Of a DNA stretch of 64,000 nucleotides, positions 1 through 12,179 are shown in pieces (within the stretch, counting starts at the first letter, position 1; each line of letters begins with the position of its first letter). The position numbers and the translations under genes were made by a program. The notes beneath the pieces are model-generated. The model had not been told where the DNA came from. It did no database searches and was given only the letters and a program-made list of their open reading frames with translations. Source of the stretch: Octopus vulgaris. Taxonomy: Eukaryota. Location: the NCBI GenBank assembly GCA_951406725.2, contig OX597827.1, positions 81,220,001 to 81,284,000 on the forward strand, given 5' to 3'.

Positions 1-2
1 CT

Positions 3-1559
3 TATTTTAAACTGAATGAAGCGACAGGTGAAATTTTCACTCAGAAAAAATTTAATTCCGAACAAAAACAGACCTACAAGTTGTTTGTTGAAGCAAAAGA
101 TGGGGGCAATCCTTCGTCAAGTTCCACAGCAATGGTTTTAATAAATGTAATAAACCAACAAAATACTGTCCCTAAGATAGACATAAATTTCGTCACAGAG
201 TTGAGAGAGAACACAGCAGCCATTTCTGAAGGGATCAAAGTCGGCAGTTTCATAGCTTATGTCAGTGTTATTGACAATGATGTTGGACAGAATGGTGAGG
301 TGGAATGTAGCCTACACCACGATAAGTTCCTTCTTTTAGATTTAGGATCAAAAGAATATAAAATTACGTTAAAGAAACCAGTGGACAGAGAAACTAGGGA
401 CCACTATGACATCAGTATTTCATGTGAAGATAAAGGATCTCCATCGATGAAAACAGAGAGAAAATTCTTCATTCAAGTGATGGACGTCAATGATGTTCAA
501 CCACAGTTTACGAAAGAAACATTTAAATTTCTGACCTATGAGAATGGTAAACCAAATTTTCCGATTGGTTACATCAATGTGACAGATCAAGATTTAGAAA
601 ATGGAGGGAAACTGTCTTATTCTTTATTGAGTAATAACAGAGTGATTATACCATTCCAGATCACCGATTACGGTTTCATATCAACTACAATGACACTAGA
701 CCGTGAAAAACGTGAAAAATACCAATTCCAAGTATTTGTTAAAGACAACGGGCAACCTTCCTTAAACAATACGGCTAATGTACTTGTGGAGATCCTTGAT
801 GAGAACGATAATGCCCCTTATTTTACATTTCCTAGTGTTGACCCTTTCACTCTTGATGTCCACTATCATCCGCAGAGCAAGAATGATATCACAGTTCTAA
901 GAGCTTCAGACAGGGACAGTCATATGAATTCTTTCTTGAAATACGAAATATTTGGTGGAAATGACAGACAGTTGTTTCAGATAGATTCCTTCACGGGGGT
1001 TTTGTCTTATTCACGGACTGTTTACCAAAATGATGCCGGATCATATGACCTGAAATTAACTGTCAAAGACAGTGGCACCCCAGTTCTGTCAGCCACAGTA
1101 ACAGTGTCTTTGACACTGACCGTCAGTAACAAGACATCACCAGCGCTGACCACAGTTCATTCAAAGTCTAATAATATGATTGATGTAACGTTACTCATTA
1201 TTATCGTAATATCAGCCGTAGTAGTCTCAGTGGCTGTTGTCGTGTCTCTCACCCTCTGCATTGTTCGATGTAACAATGGAATTAATCATCAGTCACGCAT
1301 GGGGTTCAACACAACGATTCCTCCTGGGAGAGAAAAACGTCATTTCTTGACCCAAACAAAGAAAGTGAATACTCCTACCGGACACACTCCTGCTCATACT
1401 CCCATACATACCCCGGTACATACAACTGGACATTCAACAGAAATGACAAACAGAGATAACCAGTTAATGGAATCAAGTTGTGACTTTTATCCTCAATATG
1501 AATCTCAGACAGATTGGTCAATGTCCTCGATGGAGCGAAGGCCACCTTCAGTTTTGTTG
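3..1559 (+). CDS. PCDH: Protocadherin, large ectodomain/TM exon, 5'-truncated by the window edge (last ~3.5 cadherin repeats, TM helix, start of cytoplasmic tail)
   Basis: Frame is open from nt 3 (YFKLNEATGEIF...) through ORF 81-1571. Cadherin motifs include DGGNPS, DNDVGQNG, VDRE, DVNDVQPQF, LDRE, DENDNAPYF and KDSGTPVLS. Hydrophobic TM segment VTLLIIIVISAVVVSVAVVVSLTLCIV at ~1185-1266. Consensus donor TTG|GTAAGT at 1559/1560 (phase 0). Symbol is family-level only. Confidence 0.95.
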
Positions 1560-1922
1560 GTAAGTTTTTAGAAATATATTTTCTGTGTGAGTGTAAATGC
1601 TTAGATCTTATAAATATATTGTCTGTGTGGGATTATATGTTATAAATATACTCTGTGCATGACTATAGTTTGTGTGTGTATGGAGCCTATATTTATATTT
1701 ATTATATATGTATTCTTTTATGATTTCAGTCATTTGACTGTGGCCATGCAGGAGCACAGCCTTTAGTTGAACGAATCGACTCCAAGACTTATTCTTTGTA
1801 AGCCTAGTACTTATTCTATTGGTCTTTTTTGCCAAACCGCTAAGTTACAGTGAAGTAAACACACCAACATCGGTTGTCAAGCAAGGGTGGGGAAATGAAC
1901 ACAGACACACAAATACATATAC

Positions 1923-1967
<45 letters not shown>

Positions 1968-1977
1968 GTGACAATTA

Positions 1978-2062
1978 GTTGTTTGTCATAATAAAACTCA
2001 GAGTTTTGGATGGGGGAGCTGAAGTCTGCTCCGGCATCTCATCAGTTATTAAGACAAACAAC
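1978..2062 (-). ncRNA. Hammerhead ribozyme-like motif (type I), core mutated GAAA>AAAA
   Basis: Minus strand: gttgtttgtcttaataa-CTGATGA-GATGccGGAGC..GCTCCccCATC-C-AAAA-C-TCTGA-GTT-ttattatgacaaacaac. Stem I is 17 bp with one mismatch. Confidence 0.65.
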
Positions 2063-2078
2063 AAAAATGCTATGTGTG

Positions 2079-2113
<35 letters not shown>

Positions 2114-2236
2114 GTGTTTGTGTGTGTGCATATGTGTACATGTGTGCATATGCAGATTCTATGAATGAAGTTTTACTTTCCCCATGCCTATTGGAGTAAT
2201 TTCCCTTTATTCAATGGTATTTTTTATAGCGTTTTT

Positions 2237-2315
2237 GTTTGTCTTAATAACTGATGAGATGCCAGAGCAGACTTCAGCCCTGGCATCCGAAACTCTGAGT
2301 TTTATAATGAAAAGC
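2237..2315 (+). ncRNA. Hammerhead ribozyme-like motif (type I), core intact
   Basis: CTGATGA at 2251-2257; stem II GATGCCAG/CTGGCATC plus one extra C; GAAA at 2289-2292; near-palindromic stem III ACTCTGAGT; GTT triplet at 2299-2301; imperfect stem I. Confidence 0.7.
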
Positions 2316-5056
2316 AACTAGTTGTCACATATTATATTTATAGAGAAATTCCTCTATTTTACATAATATCAAGGTCTCATTCATTCTCTTGTCATATTAT
2401 TATTATTAATATATATATATACATATATATATATGTATATATATATACGACGGGCTTCTTTCAGTTTCTGTCTACCAAATCCACTCACAAGGCTTTGGTT
2501 GGCCTGAGGCTATAGTAGAAGACACTTGCCTAAGGTGTCACACAGTGGGACTGAACCCGGAACCATGTTGTTGGTAAGCAAGCTTCTTGCCACACAGCCA
2601 TGCCTGCATCTATCTTTATATTATCCAGACATACAGTGTATCTGCTTATATTTTATAAATATATTCTTTGTATGCTAAAATGTTACAGATACCTTAAATG
2701 TGTACCTATATTTTATAAATGAATTGTGTGTGTGTGTGCCTACATTTCATGTAAGTGTATAATGTATTCTTATATTTGATAGAATATATATTTTATAGAA
2801 TATGTTACAGTAATAAACACAAATATTTTGAGCAGAGGGCTCTTATTTAACACAGCAAAGGAAAACGATAGAAACAATAGACAGAAAAGGTGAAAGGTGT
2901 TAGTAATAGACTTATCATATTTTCCTTCTTCTTTTTCTTAGTCTTCATTAAGAGTAGGAATGAAATGACATTAATAATTCCCTCCACACCCACCCCAGTA
3001 ATTATATTTACTTCTATTTAATTTTTTTTTTCATTTTGTTAATACTGTATTTCATTGGGAAACTTGTCATTGGAGACCTACACGGGATTAATTTCATTTT
3101 TCCACAGAGGAAAAAAATGGAATGGTCATGGATGGGATGCCATTGATCACAAGTTTGCTCAATTTAAAACTGACACAGGGTTAAACAACAACAATAGCAA
3201 TAACAACAATATTTCTTTAAATTTTCTAGATGGCTGCATCCTTTCTCTATATCTCTGTCTCTTTCTCTATGTGTGTCTCTCTATTCTTACCACCTGTTTC
3301 AAGTGAAGTTTGAAGTTGATAAGTTCTTGGTCAGAAGTGGAGGGCTGTGTGAAGAATAAATATCATCTCATTGTCCTCACTGCATATCAGTCTGATGATA
3401 TTTCTAGTGTTATATATCTTACCAAGAACTGATCATGTCCCCCACCCCCCCCACTTCTGGTGGCACTGTTAGTTTTGTGATTCCTGGAAACTATTTGTTG
3501 ATTCTCAGAGTTTTCTGAAATATGTCATTGCTCGTACATTGTCTTTAATCCTGTATAGAATCCTAATGTGGACATTTCATTGACCATTCTGCCCTACAGA
3601 CAGAGAACTACGAGTGCCTGAAAGTATTCCATGTGCTACATCCCCAGTCTTAGATTCCATTTGACTCAAAACTGCAGTTCTATTAAAGCTGATGTTGGCA
3701 GGAGATAAAATGCTGGGAGACACAAGAAATAAATAAAAGAGACACTCCAAAGGGGCCAGATCCAACATGGAGTGAAGCACAATGGTGAGGACATAATATA
3801 TACCAAAGTCAATGTATGTGTTAACCACCCTTGTCTGACTATTTCAGGGTGGCTTCTTCCTCTCACCTCATTTCTGGTTGAGATTGACCACCCTACCCAT
3901 AACCTCACCTCATTTCCTCTCTACCTGGCGGTCTGCCCTGAACAAGACCTCAAATATCTGAATCAGATCGTAAGTCTAGCAAGTGAGGCCTCTACCTGTG
4001 AACTTGGTCAGTCCAAGGGCCAAGTCAAACTTGGTTCTCCTCTCCACTGCTTAGTTTGGTTCCAGTTAATCAAAATACCTGCCACCTTCCCTTATTCCTT
4101 CGTTATACTTTCAATCACCTTGATTCCTCCTCTGTCCTACACTAGAACACTTATATTTTCTTCATCTGTCCATAAGTGCCAGTAAGGCAACGCTGGTAAC
4201 GATCATACTCGAATAGCCGCTCTGTCAACGATCACACTCGTATGGTGCTCTTTGCACCCTGCAAGCACGGATGCCAGTCATCGAATTGATTTTGATTTCA
4301 CTTGCCTCAACAGGTCTGCAATTGGTTTCAACATATATATATATATATATGGAACCTGGTGCAGTTCACAAAGCTTATCAGTTCTAGTTAAACCATCATC
4401 TAACCCATGCCAGCATAGAAAGCTGACATTAAATGATGATGATGATATATATATAGATAGAGAGAGAGATATAGATATATATATATACACCCACAGATAT
4501 ACATACATAAGACTTCTGTTTGCCAATTACTAAACTAAAAAAAAAAATGACTGTAGAGGTGGGGGTGGAGATGGTTGGGGAAGATGTGACATCAACACAC
4601 TCCCACTACTGCTCCATCTCTTACAAACATGATTGGGGCGGAGGAGGAGGTTGAGTTGAGGTATGGGGTGGGGAGGTGCAAGGGTGTGTTCAGGTAATTA
4701 AGATGTCTAATTGAAGAGAAAAGGAACCAAGAATAACCTTGGTTTTGTTATGAAAATGTCTCAACTGTATGGAGAGCATTTCATGAAGATATGCGTAATG
4801 TGGTGACGGTGGTGGTGTAATTGTTACTGAAATGTGCAGTGGTTGGTTTTGTTTAGCCCCAGGCTGACCCCTATTGAGTAGATCTATGGTCAATATTATT
4901 CCAGCCATGACCATTACATTTTCCATTCAAACATCATGTATGGAGGGTTTTTTTTTTTTATCCAAAGAGAGTTTCAGACATCTTTGTTAAGGAGGTTGGC
5001 TGTGAATTGAATCAAATTTAGCTGCTGTTTTTAGCAGGCCTGACAAACCACTTAAT

Positions 5057-5450
5057 ATTGGTTTCAAATTTTATTTGGGAACTTCAGGGAAGGGGGGGGG
5101 TCAGTTGATTACATCGACCCCAGTATTCAACTGGTACTTATTTTATTGACACCCTCCCCCCACCTCCAAATAAAAAGGATGAAAGGTAAAGTCAGCCTTT
5201 ACAGAATTTGAACTCAAAACATGAAACATGAAATGCTTCCCAGCATTTTGCCTGGTCTGCTAAGGATTCTCTTGGCTTGGCCCCTTTTTTTACAGACAAA
5301 CCACTTACAGATAGGTTTCAAATTTTGGCACAAGGCCAGCAATTTTAGTGGGGTGGGGGTTAAGTTGATTACATCTCCCTCAGTGCTCAACCCAAAGGGA
5401 TGCAAGGCAAAGTCAGCCTCGATGTAAACTGAACACAGAACATAAAGATG
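5057..5450 (-). mobile_element. Decayed SINE family A copies
   Basis: Contains gattacatcgaccccagt..ctggtactta..aaggatgaaagg..gaatttgaactca, shared with the copy at 20823-21056. Confidence 0.65.
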
Positions 5451-5531
5451 GATAATACACCTCCAATTAATTTACTTGGCACGTTAACGAGTTTTCCCTT
5501 TATACAAAAAAACCTACTTCCATATTGACAG

Positions 5532-5621
5532 GTTGTAAATAGAGATGGTTCCTTTTTTGTGACAGTATCTGGAGGGAAGAACAGAGCCCATGACCCTTGC
5601 AGTCCAGCTCCTCTAATCCTG
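5532..5621 (+). CDS. Candidate protocadherin cytoplasmic exon (VVNRDGSFFVTVSGGKNRAHDPCSPAPLIL)
   Basis: Non-repetitive 90-nt segment bounded by ctacttccatattgacAG| and CTG|GTGAGG. It is open in phase 0/0, matching the phase-0 donor at 1560. Confidence 0.45.
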
Positions 5622-6080
5622 GTGAGGTTGAAAAGTGTTAATGTTCTGATTAAACTGTGGGGACACACCTGCTTGAAAAAGACATGAGCACAGGAAGGGA
5701 ATTCTGGAGCAGTGACACCTGCTCTGGCCCATTCCTGTCATACCTTCATAGCCCTCAATACAATATCCCCCCCCACTCACTCGAGAGGGTCTTGTCTTGT
5801 GAATACTTGGTGACCTCGCCAATGCTGGTACCACAATAAAAAGTGCCCTGCACACCTTGTGAAGCGGTTGGCATCGAACAGTAGAGAAGGTGACGTTAGA
5901 TCTCAGTGCAGCCATTTCATTTGCTGATCCCTGTCAAACTGACCAACCCATGATAATTATGATGATGATGATGATATGTATGTGTGTGTGTGTGTATATG
6001 TGTATGTATGTACATATGTATGTATATATATATGTGTGTGTGTATATATATATATGCATGTATGTATATATCTGTATGTG

Positions 6081-6114
<34 letters not shown>

Positions 6115-6139
6115 CACACACACACACACAAAAATACAC

Positions 6140-6470
6140 ATAGAGAAAAGCATATCTTTAATTGTAGAATTCACCTTCGAAGGCCGACAGTTGTTTCTTT
6201 TGTATTAATGTATTTGGATACAGATAATATCATTGAAATTAATATTTCTGAAAACACATGCTAACAACATTTTCATTTGAATACAAAATTAGCTAAACCC
6301 AAAGTCAAAGAATTTACTTAATTTTGGATCACCTTGAAAACCTATTAATATATACTTCTGGAAATATTAATTTCAGTAGTAATTTTCTCTACCGAAAGAT
6401 GCCAATACAATAGAAACAATTGTTGGCTTTGTAAGGTGAATTCTACAATTAAAGAAATGGTTTTCTCTAT
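6140..6470. repeat. Imperfect inverted-repeat element (~110-bp arms) with hammerhead-like 3' half-core
   Basis: 6140-6252 is the diverged reverse complement of 6356-6470 (e.g. ctttaattgtagaattcacctt / aaggtgaattctacaattaaag). Arms carry GAAAC-AA(T/C)T-GT(T/C)-GG. Confidence 0.7.
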
Positions 6471-6678
6471 AGGTATGTTTGTTGTGAAATTCTCTGAATT
6501 CCTAGAAATTCTTCTAAATGATATTTGGATCTACCAGTTTTGTGCATGAGGAATTACTTTCAATCTGTATTCTACTTACATTTACTGGTGTCTGATTGTT
6601 GGAGATAGCTGACTAAATTCATTTAAAACTGAGTGCTTTATTGATATCTGCCTGGACTTTTTAGTCCCTTTCTTTCTT

Positions 6679-6725
<47 letters not shown>

Positions 6726-7197
6726 AGTGGGGGTTGACACTTTTGAGAGAGCACGTATTCTGCATGAAGAATTTAAGCATGCTGTTCAAAAGCACACGCC
6801 TAGTGTAATAAATAGGGAAACTTGGTTTGCAATGTTTGCTGTCATGTATGCTTGTCAACAGGAGGACGCATTAGCCACCAACAGAGCTGCAAATGCAAAA
6901 TATAAGTTAGTCCTAGAGCGCACAATGTTCCTAAAGGTCAGCAATGGTCTTCCTGGGTCACGAGTATATGGCCGTCATATCATGTATGTATGAACATCAT
7001 CATCATCATCTGTATTTCAGAAGTGCTATCTCTACCGAGACAGCATAATTAATTGTTAACCAAAGTTTAGTGCTTCCTGGAAATCTTCATGTAGCATTAA
7101 ACATCATTTCTCCTCTGATTTTCGGTTTGAATAATTTACAGAATGGATATCCAAGTGTAGAAATGGGAGAGCGCGCACACACACACACACACACACA

Positions 7198-7425
7198 TTC
7201 TTTTACTTGCTTCAGCCATTTGATTGTGGCCATGCTGGAGCACTGCCTTTAGTTGAACAAATCAACCCCAGGACTTATTCTTTGTAAGCCTAGTACTTAT
7301 TCTATCAGTCTATTTTGCTGAACCACTCAGTTACAGGGACATAAACACACTAATATTGATTGTCAAGTGATGGTGGAGGGACAAACACAGATACACAAAT
7401 AAATACATACATATCTATCTATCTA

Positions 7426-7465
<40 letters not shown>

Positions 7466-7627
7466 ACAGGCTTCTTTCAGTTTCTGCTTACCAAACCCAC
7501 TCACAAGGCTTTTGTCAGCCAGTGACTATAGTAGAAAACACTTGCCCAAGGTACCATGCAATGGGACTGAATCCGAAACCAAGTGGTTGGGAAGCAAGCT
7601 TCTTACCACACAGCCACACCTGTGCCT
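7198..7627 (-). mobile_element. tRNA-derived SINE family B
   Basis: Minus-strand head tggctgtgtggtaagaagcttgcttcccaacc..ttcagtcccattgc; internal (TA)n; tail shared with other copies. Confidence 0.8.
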
Positions 7628-7672
7628 ATCCAGGTATATAATAATATATCGTTATCTTTCTATCTTTTCCAG

Positions 7673-7699
7673 CTTCCAACGCGTACACTGAAACGATAA
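7673..7699 (+). CDS. Candidate terminal protocadherin exon (LPTRTLKR*), followed by putative 3' UTR
   Basis: Strong acceptor tatctttctatcttttccAG at 7653-7672. Phase 0 reads LPTRTLKR then TAA. Unique sequence follows. Confidence 0.35.
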   Translation, partial: LPTRTLKR

Positions 7700-7970
7700 A
7701 ATGATGCAAAGAGGAGGAGGAGGAGGACATTGACGATACAGTGATATGATGACTCTCAGACAACGAGGACCTAATTAATTACCAAACACAGATCGTGGCA
7801 TTTAATGAAAGAGCTAAAACAAAGAAGAAAAAAATGAAAAAAAAAATTTCAGATATAAAAAAAATATAAATTATAAGAAAAGAAGAAATATTGAAAAAAC
7901 ATTGCGATATATTTTTTGTGTGTGAAAGTGTTTTTTGATTTTTACCTTTTTAATATTTAATGAACCTTAA

Positions 7971-8150
7971 TGGCAGTGATTTGGCAGAATTGGTAGAGCA
8001 TCGGAAAAAATGTGTGGTGTTATTTAATTCCTTGTCTCTATAGTTGGACTTTGAATCCTGCCAAATGCAATTTTACCTTTATCATAGGGAGACTGATAAA
8101 ATAAGTACCAGTTACAAACTGGGGTCCGATCTCAATGGATTTTACCCTCA
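7971..8150 (+). mobile_element. Decayed SINE family A
   Basis: ggcagtgatttggcagaatt..gataaaataagtaccagttacaaactggggtc resembles the copy at 31265-31492. Confidence 0.55.
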
Positions 8151-9375
8151 TTCTGGCCCTCCTGCTAAAAAATATCCCCTCAAAATTCGAGCCCCTGTAC
8201 CTATGTCAGACATCAATATTTGATAAGTCTGAACATGGACATGTCTACCTTGGCTGTGTTTACAGCTTCAAACTGCAACAATGGATAATTGTATTTCTGG
8301 ATTGTTCAAAAGCTGAAATTCTTCAAGTGTGTTTCACCTTTGGCACCAAACACTGGAACAATGAGGTTGATACCAAAATATTCCGACCAAACAAACAACC
8401 TCTCAATCAAAAGAACCAACACAGCTTTCGGCCATTTGTACAGAACTGCAAAGTCTAAAAATTAATTGGAAATGATGCTAAGCGTTCCATTCGGGGACTA
8501 TGTTGAACTTGGAATCTGCTCTCGACCCCTTCTGGTACATTGGTGTGGAGTTGTTTTTAATCTGCAGCTCTGATTTGTATATATTTTTAAAACTAAATTC
8601 GGGTCCCTGGGGACTGGAGAAGGATTTGGAAAAAAGAGAAGAGGAAGAAGGGAAAGGGGAGGTAACTTTTGATTTTACTTTTGGAAACTGTGGAAATGTG
8701 ACGACTGTACCGGAACTAATGTATGTTTACACACACACACATATGTAAATAGACATTCACACATATACATACACACACGTACGCGCACACACACACACAC
8801 ACACACACAAAACATGTACACACACACACAGAAAACATGTACACACACATGTATGTACACATGCAACTGTACAATCACTTGTGCACACACGCATATATGT
8901 TTGCACAAGCACATTATAAAAAAAACGTTTACATATTTGTGCGTGTGTATGTGTGTGTATATATATATATGCATTTATGTATATGTGTATGTGTATAGAC
9001 ACGCGCGCACACACACACACATTCACACAAACATACAGGTGTATATTTGTATATATTAAGTATCCATACGATTACACATATAATATACATACATGTATAT
9101 TAATTCATATATACACACCCATACACGCAGGCATACAACTATGTATTTGTTTGTATTTATTACCCACATATATACATACATAAACATATACACTTTCACA
9201 CATTAACACGCATACACACCTATCCTGTTCTTGTTGTTACAGCATTGGGATACTCTTTTGTGACACAGTATTGTATCACAATATCTGAGTAAGAGCGTGA
9301 GATTATGTTACTCAATAACACTGTAACACTACCTATCAGATGGTGTCACAACTCTCATATGCTCTTCCAGGAATT

Positions 9376-9439
9376 TGTCACACCTGTAACATGTCACACC
9401 TATCGCATGTCACACCTATCGCATGTCACACCTGTAGCA
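9376..9439. repeat. 16-bp minisatellite x4 (TGTCACACCTrtvrca)
   Basis: Units start at 9376, 9392, 9408 and 9424. Confidence 0.85.
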
Positions 9440-11632
9440 TGGTATCTCTCTCAATCAGGAACAACCACTAAAACAGCCATTGTGACGCACCAGCAAACAG
9501 AGGGAGAGGGACAAGCTCCCTGTGACACATCATCAGACACGGAGTGACAAGAACACTGTGGCACACACCCGTCACACAGAATGATGCCTCTGTGACACAT
9601 GTCTGATAAATGTTGGATGTGACAGCCTGGCCACAATAAGGTGTTGTAGGCAGAACATGGACATACAATAAAGCTGAATACCTGGTGAAACAAATACTCA
9701 CACACACACACACACACAGAGGCACATGACAGAAACAATCATAGATAACAACAACAATAACAACAACAATCAGAACAAACACCACCAACACAACCAATAC
9801 CAAAGCCACTACCACCACTGACCCCCCCCCCCCCTCACCACCACCACCATATTGTAACACCGAAATAAAATATAAAAGAACTTTCTACGCAAAATTGGAA
9901 CAAAAGATATTTCTGATGTTTTGGATTTGGTTCCCATGGTGATGTGGTGGAGATGGTATTGCTGCTGTTTAAGCCAAGATCAGGTTTGATTGAGTAAACC
10001 TATAATCAAAGTCATTCCAGTCGTGGCCATCCTGTAAGCTTATATTATGGATCTTTTCCTTATTTAAAATGGTGTGATTTAAGGGAAATTTGGCTGCTAT
10101 TCCTAGCTGACTGAAAGGCCACATTATGGCTCGTTCGTTAGTTTTCCTACTTGCTGGTGGTGGGGTAGAGAGCAATCTTAAGGGTGGGGGTTTGTGTCTG
10201 TTGTTGTTGTTGTTGTTGTTGATGTGAAAGTGAAATTGCCATGATTTCATTGTTGCTCCTCAACAACCGTAACAACAACAACAGCAGAAAGCAACAACAA
10301 CAATTACAACATCAACATCATGAGTAACAACAATAACAACAATAACAACAATAGTACACGACTCAAAAAACAACAAACAACACCTGCACAGCAACAACAA
10401 CAACAACAGAAAGAAGAAATAAATGAAAGGTAATTGAATATAATTAAAATCCTTGTTTTCTTTTGTTTTGATTGATGAGGCCCTTGTCAGGGGCCAGCAT
10501 GCAGCCTCATTCCCCATCGAAGTCAGCTGCTGTAGCCTTTGACTGAGATTATTTTCTGTGGAAGATAAGCCTGGAGCCCAAACAATTAAAGAATGTGATC
10601 AAGGAAATAGGTATGGAAGCTGAAACTAGTTCAAGATGGCTTTGGCTGGACAAGGGACCGCAAGTGGAACCTTTCTGTAGGTGAAGAGTAACTCAGTCCT
10701 CGCTGCCCCCACCCAGGTGAAGTGTACAAGCTAAGGGGTGTGACCTTTGTGACCCTGAGACAAGGAAGGGTTTCTAGTATTGCTATGGATTTGGAAGAAA
10801 TTGCAACACCACTGAGTAACTCCTGCTGTTTGTGTGTCAGGGCCAAAGCATCTCCGGTGTTTATTTCAACCGTTTTCCGTTAGATACATACATACCTCTA
10901 TATACAAATAATGTGTGTGTGCATTGACTTTGGAGAGTTTTTGAGTCTTGATATTATCTCCCCTTTTCAAACGAATCTGGTCTTAATTGCCATTTGGTAA
11001 TTTGATAATTAACTTCACATCCTCCAGACATGGAGATAATTTTAAGAGATTATGAATTCATTCATATAACTGTGCCTATGTTGTCCAAATACAAGTGAAT
11101 GGCCACTTTGAGCTATTTCTTTCAGCACAGTTTTTGCTTAAATTATACAAATTTCCTCAGCCATAAACATATTCTACACTTTTACGGATAGATACTGGAG
11201 ATAAGATTATAGAATTGTTGTGGTGATGACAGCCATTGACCCAGAAACACAGTTCCATGACTGTCCTCTTATCTCCAGATTTTAAGACTGTCTCTTTCTA
11301 TAATGGCATGCCAACTTTGGAGAATTTTTGGTTCTGGGAATTATCTGCCCTTCTCCTACAAAGCTAGTTTTAATTATCTTTTGGTAATAAAGATACATCA
11401 CCCAGAGGCACAGATATGTTTAATACATCAAGAATGTATGTTGTATGGTATTTGATATACCTGTAATATCTCCTGTAATGGAAATCAACTGAGACAAAGA
11501 AAACAAACTCCTTAGAAAATGATGGGCTCTGTATTATCTCTAGAATTTTCAGGACTCGTAATAGTGTTACTCAGAATTTCACCAAATGATTACACAACAT
11601 CTCTGTTATAGTTATCATTATTTAGCCACAGG

Positions 11633-12078
11633 AAGGCAGTGAGCTGGCAGACTCATTAGCACGCCAGGCTAAATGCTTAGCGGTATTTCACCTGTCTTTA
11701 CATTCAGAGTTCAAATTCCACAGAGGTCAACTTTGCCTTTCATCCTTTTAGAGTTGATAAATTAAGTACCTGTTGCATACTGGGGTCAATTTAATCGACT
11801 GGCCCCCTCCTCACCAAATTTCAGGCCTTGTGCCTCGAGTAGAAAAGATTATTTAGCCACAAGAAGGCAGTGAACTGGCAGACTCATTAGCACGCCAGGC
11901 TAAATGCTTAGCGGTATTTCACCTGTTGCTACATTCAGAGTTCAAATTCTGCCGAGGTTGACTTTGCCTTTCATCCTATTGGGGGTGGATAAATTGAGTA
12001 CCAGTTGCATACTGGGGTCAATGTAATCAATGCATTCCCTCCCCCAAAATGGCTGCCCGTGTGACAAAATTTGAAAGC
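11633..12078 (+). mobile_element. Two tandem tRNA-derived SINE family A copies
   Basis: Both start aaggcagtga(g/a)ctggcagactcattagc and have a B-box-like gagttcaaattc. They are separated and flanked by attatttagccaca at 11617, 11848 and 12079. Confidence 0.85.
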
Positions 12079-12179
12079 ATTATTTAGCCACAAGATCTTC
12101 AATCAGCTAAAATACACACATATAAAAATAATAATAATAATGAAATTTTTGTATACAGTGCTCAGGTGCACCACGGCCA

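Larger units (their letters stand above)
1713..2608 (-). mobile_element. tRNA-derived SINE family B, split at its internal (TA)n by a hammerhead-bearing insert
   Basis: Tail (~1713-1910) and head (~2446-2608) match the contiguous copies at 7198-7627 and 27740-28110. Confidence 0.8.

Noticed and set aside
81-1571. ORF 81-1571 as a complete gene
   Set aside because: It starts at an internal TTG; the frame is open to the window edge, and the last three codons lie beyond a consensus splice donor.
3600-3665. Alternative protocadherin exon after ccctacAG
   Set aside because: Weak pyrimidine tract, an early stop in phase 0, and no supporting donor; less convincing than 5532-5621.
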